From the NCBI GenBank assembly GCA_030747675.1, contig JASLKH010000009.1:1-10211 (forward strand): DNA of 10,211 nucleotides. Reading direction: 5' to 3'. Of this stretch, positions 1 to 6,653 are shown one piece after another (position 1 is the stretch's first letter; every line of letters begins with the position of its first letter). Source of the stretch: Candidatus Thalassarchaeaceae archaeon. Its GTDB lineage: Archaea; Thermoplasmatota; Poseidoniia; Poseidoniales; Thalassarchaeaceae. Position numbers and translations under genes: made by a program. The notes below the pieces were generated by a model, which saw nothing but the letters and a program-made list of their open reading frames with translations, did no database searches and was not told the DNA's origin.

Positions 1-1
1 A

Positions 2-3000
2 TCTGTCGCTGCACAATTCCATGATACTTGGTTGACCGAGAATAGTACCAATTTGTCTGGAAATGTTGGCTTTGAGTACCTTATTCCTGCTAGTCAAGCG
101 TTGGGCCAAGTCACCATCACACTGTACTATAATGGCTCATCTACACTTCTTTCAGATGCTAGTACGATAAACACAGTAACTGTTCGTTCGATTACAGTAC
201 TTGTGGTTGATTCGATAACTGACAATCCAATTGCTGGAGGTTCTTTCAATGTTACTGGGACTTTGGTATCAGATAATGGAAGTGCAATTATAACTCGTGA
301 CGGGACACCTATGCTCCCAACATTGACATTTGATATTGATGGATTTGATAACACATTTTTGGCTGCAAATGGAACTGTGCAAGGTGACGGCACATGGCGG
401 GCCCAAGTGACATTGTCAGCGGATTTCCCAAGAAACACGCATACAATCACAGCCCAATACACTCCTCCAGTTAATTTCTATGAAGGAAGTTCGGGCAATA
501 ATACATTTGACAGCCGAGGTTATTCTGTACTTACAATCACTTCGCCAACTGACTTGAATTTGAATAATAGGACAGTACGCGGTGAAAATATTACTGTATT
601 TTTCTCATTGTACGATAATGCAGGAAATCCAATTGAAGGTGAAACAATTTCAATCAACTTTTCAGACTTACCAGCAGGAACCAGTCCAACAACTGATTTG
701 AATGGGTTTGCAAATCTCACATTTACAATTTCAAACATAACCACGCCTGGCCCTCATTACATCAATGCTTCATATGCTGGTTTAGCAGGTTCTACAGGAG
801 TAATTGGGGATATTGATTGGACAAGAGTAGTCGTTCTTGCTCCAACGGAATTAACCGTTACATCTGTTGAAGGTTCACGTATTGCGGGTCAGAATTTGAT
901 TGTCAATGGTACACTATTGGATGAACATGGCAACGCTCTCCGTGGTACAGATGGAAATGAGTCCGGAGGTATTGTGCATTTGATTGTAGATGGATTTGAT
1001 GTTGGACCCACATGGGCGGCGTATAGCAATGCATCCACGGGTGAATATTCAATAATTTACACATTACCTCAAGATATTGATGCTGGAAATCACACACTGA
1101 CTGTTGAGTTCCTTGGAGGTTATCTTTGGGTTGATCCTGTTGGTGCTGGAGATTCAGTTAATCCAGAATATTATCTTGGTTCATCTTTGGAAGCAACATT
1201 CAATGCAACGCAACCAACGAACATCCAAGTATCATCAGGTGGCGAAGTTGATCGTGAAGATTTGATTTCAGTCAGCGGAGTTCTTCTTGATTCGGTCGAT
1301 AGGCCGGTAGGAGATATGACAATTAGTATCTACCTAGATGGGGTATTTTTGACGAATGTAACTTCCGATTCTTTAGGCTCATTTGAGGTATTTTATCCAG
1401 TTCCTGCTGATATGACACTTGGTGTCGTTACAATGGATGTGAATTACTATGGGGCTGAATTTTATCTACCATCTTCGGCTCAAATTGATTGGGAAGTTTA
1501 CAGTTCTGTTGTTGTTGAAGTTGCTGAAACTGATGCAGCTGCGACTGGAGACACAGTCGTGATAATGGGTACAGTTCGTGATAACTTACCAGAGGGGTGG
1601 ATTGATGGACATAGTGTGGACATTCGAATAGATGGAATGTTGATAGGAAATGCGACAACTGATGCCAATGGCTCTTGGGCCATATCTTGGACAATTCCTC
1701 AATCAACATCTCAGGGCGAACATATCATCGAGGTAGTATCTCCTGCCCAAGGATGGTATCGAAGTGGATTGGGTAATGGCACAATCATGGTTGCTCACCA
1801 TACTGCCATCAGTATTTCGTCCTACAATGGTGGTGATGCTACAAGAGGTGCCTATTGGATATTGAATGGCCGTCTTTACGATTCCGACGAAGCAGGTCTC
1901 CCTGGTGTTGGTGGGGCAACCGTTCAGATTGCATTGGATGGTGCATCTTTCAGCACAGTAACCACCGATTCAAATGGTAACTTCACAATAGATATCTCAG
2001 TAGACATGTCGAGTTCCCGAGGTGATCACACTGTAACTGCACGCTATGATGGAGATACTCTATTGCTATCGAGTGAACGTGATACTACTGTAACCACATG
2101 GAGTGATGTAGATGTCCAAGTCACATTTGTGTCTGATAATGCAATACGTGGCGACACGACCCACCCAATTCGTATTGAAGGGCGAGTAGTAGAATTAGGT
2201 GGAAGTGGAAATGCACTTTCAAATCAGTCCTTATCTCTAATTTCAGGGAATACCACGATTGATTCAAATTATGTTGTTTGGGACAATGAAACAGGGACAT
2301 TTGCAATTGAGTTTGTTGCAGATCGATATATGTCAATTGGTGATTTGGAATTCACACTAACTAGTAATGTTGACAGTTCTCGCTACTTGAACTCTGATGA
2401 TTCTACATTCTCTCTATTCTTGCGGGTTCGAGTAGTATTCGATATTGGATACGGAGACGTTGAATGGGGAGGTTACTCAATTAACGGATCAATTACAGCG
2501 CGTGACTATTATTCAAGTCAGGCTATCCCAAGTCTTTCTGTTGAAGCACACTTACGAAATGACTCAGCAATTGACCCACTTGATTATCAGAGAGCAGGCG
2601 ATACTAACGATTACGGTGTTTGGACATTTGAATTCGACATCCCTGATTCAATGGATCCTTACTCAGATCAGGATACTTGGGGGCCATTGCACCTTTGGTT
2701 CAATAGTACCTCGCCAGTTCTTTCGGATGACAGTAGGGCTGAATTAGCACGTTCTATGTATGTTCTTGAGTATGAACCTGAATCAGCAGAAAGCGAGTCA
2801 ATATCGGGCTGGGTTTGGGCTGTTGCCACTTTGGTGCTAATTGGAGCCGGAGGAGGTTTGTGGATGTTCTACATGCGCCGAAAGGAAACATTGGATGAAT
2901 TAGCAGAAATATTCTCTTACACTGCAGAACTATTGGCTGCGGGTGATGAGATACGTGAAGCCATTTTCCATTGCTATGAAGAGATGTGTGGTGTTTTGAT

Positions 3001-3232
3001 GGCCCAAGGTTTGTTACGACGTGATTTCGAAACGGTACGTGAATTCGAAATGGCTATCCGTAAGGCTATGCCAATAAGCGAAGAGGCACTAACCGCTTTG
3101 GACAACATGTTCGAGATTGCGAGATACAGTCGTCACGAATTGGACGATTCACATCGTCAGCAAGCAGCTAATGCATTACAACGAACTCTGCAAGAAATTC
3201 AATCGACAACACAAGTGCCAGTAGCGGCTTGA
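2..3232 (+). CDS. 5'-truncated giant cell-surface protein: about 8 Ig-like/carboxypeptidase-regulatory-like beta-sandwich repeats, one C-terminal transmembrane helix, cytoplasmic DUF4129-like domain
   Basis: Frame is open from base 2 (tct gtc gct gca caa...), so the TTG at 32 is probably not the start. ~100-aa repeats follow the pattern G-x-L-x-D...dG...T-D-x-x-G-x-F/W...G-x-H-x-i-x-v-x-y. TM segment WVWAVATLVLIGAGGGLWMFYM is followed by RRK (positive-inside). The tail ETVREFEMAIRKAMPISEEALTALDNMFEIARYS fits the DUF4129 pattern (eT..E...lt.lFe.ARY). Family calls are by eye. Confidence 0.88.
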   Translation, partial: SVAAQFHDTWLTENSTNLSGNVGFEYLIPASQALGQVTITLYYNGSSTLLSDASTINTVTVRSITVLVVDSITDNPIAGGSFNVTGTLVSDNGSAIITRDGTPMLPTLTFDIDGFDNTFLAANGTVQGDGTWRAQVTLSADFPRNTHTITAQYTPPVNFYEGSSGNNTFDSRGYSVLTITSPTDLNLNNRTVRGENITVFFSLYDNAGNPIEGETISINFSDLPAGTSPTTDLNGFANLTFTISNITTPGPHYINASYAGLAGSTGVIGDIDWTRVVVLAPTELTVTSVEGSRIAGQNLIVNGTLLDEHGNALRGTDGNESGGIVHLIVDGFDVGPTWAAYSNASTGEYSIIYTLPQDIDAGNHTLTVEFLGGYLWVDPVGAGDSVNPEYYLGSSLEATFNATQPTNIQVSSGGEVDREDLISVSGVLLDSVDRPVGDMTISIYLDGVFLTNVTSDSLGSFEVFYPVPADMTLGVVTMDVNYYGAEFYLPSSAQIDWEVYSSVVVEVAETDAAATGDTVVIMGTVRDNLPEGWIDGHSVDIRIDGMLIGNATTDANGSWAISWTIPQSTSQGEHIIEVVSPAQGWYRSGLGNGTIMVAHHTAISISSYNGGDATRGAYWILNGRLYDSDEAGLPGVGGATVQIALDGASFSTVTTDSNGNFTIDISVDMSSSRGDHTVTARYDGDTLLLSSERDTTVTTWSDVDVQVTFVSDNAIRGDTTHPIRIEGRVVELGGSGNALSNQSLSLISGNTTIDSNYVVWDNETGTFAIEFVADRYMSIGDLEFTLTSNVDSSRYLNSDDSTFSLFLRVRVVFDIGYGDVEWGGYSINGSITARDYYSSQAIPSLSVEAHLRNDSAIDPLDYQRAGDTNDYGVWTFEFDIPDSMDPYSDQDTWGPLHLWFNSTSPVLSDDSRAELARSMYVLEYEPESAESESISGWVWAVATLVLIGAGGGLWMFYMRRKETLDELAEIFSYTAELLAAGDEIREAIFHCYEEMCGVLMAQGLLRRDFETVREFEMAIRKAMPISEEALTALDNMFEIARYSRHELDDSHRQQAANALQRTLQEIQSTTQVPVAA

Positions 3233-3234
3233 TA

Positions 3235-3702
3235 TCAATTAAATTGTAGAATCAATTCGCTTCCACGCCAGCCCGCTTGAGAAAGTTCAGAACCTTCAGG
3301 GAGGCGGAATATTCGGGTTAATTCTTCGCCGTTACCGTGTACGTTTAGTCGTAGAGCAGTCCCATCTTCTCCCTTAGATATTTCAAGATTCACTTGTGCT
3401 TGGACAGCATCATTCAAGGGTAAAACGAGTGCATCATCCTCGCGATATCCACCTAATTCTGCAATGGCGACATCGATTGGTTGAAGTGCCATCAAGGTAG
3501 AATGATGATATTCGGGAATTCCACTGGCGATATCGATGACAGTGCTGTGTGCTTCTTGGGTTTCTGCTAAATGAGGTAGACTTGATAAAAATGCTTCATG
3601 AAGATTACCCGGAGATGCAGACAAACCTGCAAGAATCGGTTCTGGTTGCAACTTTTCACTCTCTCCCGTGAACTCAATTAACTCTACAGCAGCCCAATCC
3701 AT
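3235..3702 (-). CDS. Hypothetical protein (155 aa) with probable HSP20/alpha-crystallin-like C-terminal beta-sandwich
   Basis: ATG at 3702 has GGAGGG (3714-3709) 6 nt upstream, so it is preferred over the TTG at 3759. C-terminus ALVLPL...VNLEISKGEDGTALRLNV...RIFRLPEGSELSQAGWRGSELILQF resembles HSP20-like strands (RxFxLP...A.w.dG.L.i.F). CDS is well supported; the fold call is weaker. Confidence 0.72.
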   Translation of the reverse strand: MDWAAVELIEFTGESEKLQPEPILAGLSASPGNLHEAFLSSLPHLAETQEAHSTVIDIASGIPEYHHSTLMALQPIDVAIAELGGYREDDALVLPLNDAVQAQVNLEISKGEDGTALRLNVHGNGEELTRIFRLPEGSELSQAGWRGSELILQFN

Positions 3703-3708
3703 ATTGTT

Positions 3709-3714
3709 CCCTCC
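3709..3714 (-). promoter_or_regulatory. Shine-Dalgarno-like site of the 155-aa gene
   Basis: GGAGGG 6 nt before ATG 3702 on the minus strand. Confidence 0.7.
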
Positions 3715-3730
3715 ATATTCCGCGCTACAT

Positions 3731-3744
3731 CGGGCGTCCTTGAA
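3731..3744 (-). promoter_or_regulatory. Candidate TATA-variant promoter motif TTCAAGGACGCCCG
   Basis: 12/14 identical to the motif upstream of the helicase (5802-5815). TTCAAG lies at -42..-37 from ATG 3702, compatible with a short SD-containing leader. Confidence 0.4.
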
Positions 3745-3755
3745 CCCATCCCGTC

Positions 3756-5783
3756 TCAATTCTCATCGATGGCTGGCTCAGGATGGCGTTCAAAGAAGCG
3801 TTTCACTTGTCTTGCAGTACGACTCGGGTCCGATGCCGTAAAAGGCGTAAATGTTGGAGGTAGACATTTTTTGTAATTTGGTTTCAGGAGCCGATCATCT
3901 AGTAGTAAGATAAATGCTCGATCTTCAGCCTTACGAATTGCTCTTCCCATTGCTTGTAATATCCGATTAATGGCGGGTTGAAAAACACCATATCTCCAGG
4001 CGTTATTACTTCCCGATTGCTTTTCGATATATTTCTTCAGTGAATCGTTTTGTACAGATTTGGGTGCATTTGGGATGCCAATACATGCTACAGCATCCAG
4101 TAGGTTCCCTGAATAATCGAGTCCTTCTGACAAACGTCCACCATATACGCCCGCCAGTATCACTTTCGTCCCTCGAATCCGTGCGCCTCTCATCTCTGAA
4201 ATCGCTCCTTCTACACGTTTCTTTGACCAATTTGATTCCTCCATTAATAGTAATCTCCCAGGCCAATTCCCTTCCCCAATAATTTCCTTCAACATAGCAT
4301 ATGAAGGACAGAATATTGCAACATGACCGGGGGTGTTTTGTAATAATGAGTGTAAATGGTTTCTAATCATTCGAGTATTTTCTTCACCTCTACGCCCCCA
4401 CAATGTGGATACATCAGATGTAATGATTACTGGCCTTCGATCAGCCATGAATGGTGAGGGGTAATCGGCAGCGAGAATACCCCTTTCTTCATCAATTCCT
4501 AGATTTTCAGCATACATCCTTGGAGGCGTCAAAGTACCCGACATTAGTATGCCACCACGTACGGAATTGAATATCTCCTTACCGATAATTGCTGGGTCGA
4601 GAAGATGTGTTGTTATCCAAACGCTATCCCTTCGTGCAGTAAGCACTACGCACAAAGCTGACGATTTTTCGAATCGGGAAAGTATTGAAAGCACAGTCGC
4701 TAAACGGTAGCAGGCTGTTTCATCTTCATCTTCATTTGAGATTGCGTTTACCGACTCCAACAGGGCAATAAGTTCTGAAAAAGCAATTTTCTCTCCAGAA
4801 ATATCACCTTCAAACTCCTGTCTTAGCATCGACAAAATTAGAGATGGTTCAACCCTCATTTCTTGCTCATCTTGCCTCCCTTGTGCTTTGCCGAGATTCG
4901 ATTTCTGGTCCTTAATCCACTGAACAATTCGCATCCTATAACGCTTCAATGCCGCTTCACAAGTTCTGTTTTGGACAGTTTCCTCGCTATTTAGGCCACT
5001 TTCCCTATGCTCTTCCAATTCAAATACTGCATCGCGAATTAGATCTGCGGTTAATCTCCTTCGCAAGCCCATGCGAATTCGCTCAGGTAGGTTATGTGCT
5101 TCGTCAAGTACGAGAATCATCTCATCCATATTCAATCCCATTGCTTTCAATGAAGAATCTCGAACATTTTCATTGAAGAGATGGTTATAATCACATACAA
5201 CAACATCGGCGCTCGAAGCACATTCTCTGGCTACTTTCCAAGGACATGTTGGTTGCACAATATGGCCCTCTTGGTGCGTTTTTGAGATATTAACTAATTC
5301 ATCAACATGTAAAGGGTCTTGTAGTACACGAAGTCGAAGACCGGGAGAATCTTCCAAGAATGGCTTGCATTTTCTTTTTGAACGGAGATTTGCACATAAT
5401 CTGCTGAAACCAATATCATGTTCACTTGCATGAGGGTGTATGCACATATCTTTTTGACCAATCATGTCAACTAGTCTTATTTTTTCCTCATTTGGATTCA
5501 AGCGTTGATTGATTTTCCTGACAGTGTCAACTACTATCCTGTGCTGTGTCTGGCGGCCCGTCATAAATAAAACAGGATTTTTTTGTCCAATTCTGCTGCG
5601 CGAAATCGTAAGTGCAGCCGATAGCGCAGCTGCTGTTTTCCCTATTCCAGTAGGTGCATTAGCCAGTAAGAACCCATTTTCCTTTAATGCATTAATTCCA
5701 TCGGAGATCATTTCCCTCTGGCCTTCTCGAAGTTCCTCATGAGCAAGAAAACGCATGTCCGATAATGGGACCTCCTCACTCAT
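3756..5783 (-). CDS. ATP-dependent 5'-3' DNA helicase, XPD/Rad3/DinG family (SF2), with 4Fe-4S cluster (675 aa from ATG 5783)
   Basis: Q-motif LREGQ, Walker A NAPTGIGKT, four cluster Cys (DMC, RLC, RKC, PTCPW), VVVCDYNHLF, motif II VLDEAHNLP, motif III MSGTL, GRLSEGLDYSG, motif VI QAMGRAIRKAED. ATG 5783 is preferred over GTG 5846 because the first motif follows it closely and a TATA-like element sits about 30 nt upstream. Confidence 0.96.
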   Translation of the reverse strand: MSEEVPLSDMRFLAHEELREGQREMISDGINALKENGFLLANAPTGIGKTAAALSAALTISRSRIGQKNPVLFMTGRQTQHRIVVDTVRKINQRLNPNEEKIRLVDMIGQKDMCIHPHASEHDIGFSRLCANLRSKRKCKPFLEDSPGLRLRVLQDPLHVDELVNISKTHQEGHIVQPTCPWKVARECASSADVVVCDYNHLFNENVRDSSLKAMGLNMDEMILVLDEAHNLPERIRMGLRRRLTADLIRDAVFELEEHRESGLNSEETVQNRTCEAALKRYRMRIVQWIKDQKSNLGKAQGRQDEQEMRVEPSLILSMLRQEFEGDISGEKIAFSELIALLESVNAISNEDEDETACYRLATVLSILSRFEKSSALCVVLTARRDSVWITTHLLDPAIIGKEIFNSVRGGILMSGTLTPPRMYAENLGIDEERGILAADYPSPFMADRRPVIITSDVSTLWGRRGEENTRMIRNHLHSLLQNTPGHVAIFCPSYAMLKEIIGEGNWPGRLLLMEESNWSKKRVEGAISEMRGARIRGTKVILAGVYGGRLSEGLDYSGNLLDAVACIGIPNAPKSVQNDSLKKYIEKQSGSNNAWRYGVFQPAINRILQAMGRAIRKAEDRAFILLLDDRLLKPNYKKCLPPTFTPFTASDPSRTARQVKRFFERHPEPAIDEN

Positions 5784-5801
5784 GGAAGCCGACGTGGCGC
5801 G

Positions 5802-5815
5802 CGGCCCTCCTTGAA
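5802..5815 (-). promoter_or_regulatory. Candidate TATA-variant promoter motif TTCAAGGAGGGCCG of the helicase gene
   Basis: TTCAAG at -32..-27 from ATG 5783, the position expected for a near-leaderless archaeal transcript. A near-identical copy lies upstream of the next gene. Confidence 0.4.
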
Positions 5816-5855
5816 GGTTGACCTCGAAGGATGCAATAGTTTGCACTCATGGGAG

Positions 5856-5992
5856 GAAGGGGTGCCCCCGCAAAACGGGGGCAAGGGGGTGACGAGATTA
5901 TTCATCTGTCGAAGAAGGGGGCCTCCAGCCAAAGCCGGAGGCAGGGGTATTGGTGAAGGGGTCCCCCGCTGAGCGGGGGAGGGGGTTATTGG
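5856..5992. repeat. Three GC-rich units GAAGGGG-[inverted repeat]-(A)GGGG(G)T
   Basis: Unit 1, 5856-5890: TGCCCCCG-CAAAA-CGGGGGCA, perfect 8 bp. Unit 2, 5914-5953: GCCTCCAGC-CAAA-GCCGGAGGC, 9 bp with one G-U on the minus strand. Unit 3, 5955-5992: TCCCCCGC-TGA-GCGGGGGA, perfect 8 bp. Units 2 and 3 both end in ATTGG. Confidence 0.8.
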
Positions 5993-6206
5993 AGCGAAAT
6001 CGGGATAGTATGGCCATTTTGGCGCGATGACGGAGGTTAGATAGCCCCAGTGTAAATACAGCTGGTGCTGCATCATCAAAAAGCCGAGAACCTCGACTGT
6101 GTGTAGAGCGTGCACGGGCTCGAACCCCTGCAAAACTCTGTGGAAAATTTGCGGAGGGGTTTCTAGGCCCCTCCGCGGTGTGCATCCCATCATCAAACGT
6201 TGCCAC
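5898..6206 (-). CDS. Putative small hypothetical protein (102 aa, MATFDDGMHTAEG...GFGWRPPSSTDE), likely largely disordered
   Basis: GTG at 6206 is preceded at 5 nt by GAGGTGA (6218-6212), just after the RHH stop. Codon choices (GCA, GAT, CGA, CGT) resemble neighbouring genes. No family recognised. Confidence 0.55.
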   Translation of the reverse strand: MATFDDGMHTAEGPRNPSANFPQSFAGVRARARSTHSRGSRLFDDAAPAVFTLGLSNLRHRAKMAILSRFRSNNPLPRSAGDPFTNTPASGFGWRPPSSTDE

Positions 6207-6211
6207 GTCTC

Positions 6212-6218
6212 TCACCTC
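6212..6218 (-). promoter_or_regulatory. Strong archaeal Shine-Dalgarno-like site GAGGTGA
   Basis: Matches the archaeal GGAGGTGA consensus; 5 nt before GTG 6206. Confidence 0.6.
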
Positions 6219-6232
6219 TGTTGTTTATCTGC

Positions 6233-6601
6233 TTACGCAGTATGATCCTCATGTGTCCCAGTTTTTTCCCGCATTTCTGCTGCAAAATCTTCAAGTTCTT
6301 TGGAGCGTAACATTTCTTCACGCACACTAGCAATATACAATTCCAGACCTGCACGGGCGGCATCTTCAGGACGGATGCCTTTCAATTCGTTAAGTATCGC
6401 CAATTCACGGCGAGTTTGAGTTCCAATATCTAGTGTAAGTGACCGAACATATGCATTTGTCGGAGTTGATTCAAGGTAGTGAGAAATTGCAGCACGGATA
6501 ACATCAGAACGATTTCGCATACCTTCGAATCCAATACGTTGATCCATGGCAAGCAAGTGGTCTTCTGGCACCCTCAGGCTGGTCATTTGACTGGTTGACA
6601 T
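6233..6601 (-). CDS. Ribbon-helix-helix (CopG/MetJ/Arc-type) DNA-binding protein with two tandem RHH-like modules
   Basis: Module 1: MTSLRVPEDHLLAMD...RNRSDVIRAAISHYL (alternating strand, helix, RS-x-x-IR-x-A helix). Module 2: SLTLDIGTQTRRELAIL...GIRPEDAARAGLELYI. GGGGGGA lies 5 nt upstream of ATG 6601. Confidence 0.85.
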   Translation of the reverse strand: MSTSQMTSLRVPEDHLLAMDQRIGFEGMRNRSDVIRAAISHYLESTPTNAYVRSLTLDIGTQTRRELAILNELKGIRPEDAARAGLELYIASVREEMLRSKELEDFAAEMREKTGTHEDHTA

Positions 6602-6645
6602 CTGTATCCCCCCGTTCTCTTACAACTACCCGACAGAGGCCTCGG

Positions 6646-6652
6646 CTTATAT
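6646..6652 (-). promoter_or_regulatory. TATA box (ATATAAG) of the RHH gene
   Basis: 45-51 nt upstream of ATG 6601, leaving room for a ~25-nt leader containing the SD. Confidence 0.55.
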
Positions 6653-6653
6653 G

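Noticed and set aside
32-34. TTG at 32 as the start of the giant protein
   Set aside because: The frame is open to the window edge and there is no signal peptide after 32, so the gene most likely starts upstream.
127-2747. Short ORFs overlapping the giant gene (127-462, 520-744, 903-1097, 1428-1709, 1498-1683, 2121-2336, 2445-2747)
   Set aside because: Antisense or off-frame shadows of a strong CDS, with no recognisable motifs.
4006-5742. ORFs overlapping the helicase (4006-4266, 4040-4282, 4949-5176, 5509-5742)
   Set aside because: Shadow frames inside a motif-complete helicase gene.
5856-5992. Replication origin ORB elements or a CRISPR array
   Set aside because: GAAGGGG resembles the ORB G-string, but the TCCA...GAAAC core is absent and no orc1/cdc6 is in the window. 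For CRISPR, the constant parts are too short, the spacing is irregular and no cas genes are present.
6111-6132. tRNA T-arm-like GGGTTCGAGCCC on the minus strand
   Set aside because: The 5-bp T-stem does not pair properly, and no acceptor, D or anticodon arms can be built.
6073-6196. C/D-box sRNA (two TGATGA boxes on the minus strand)
   Set aside because: No CTGA D or D' boxes at suitable spacing; both TGATGA are explained by FDD codons of the small ORF.
5832-6232. RNase P RNA or SRP (7S) RNA
   Set aside because: Size and GC content fit and GAGGAAG occurs at 5853, but I found no complementary P4 3' strand (ACAGAA...GG), no TGAAAC motif, and no SRP helix-8 CAGG-GNRA-AGCAG on either strand.
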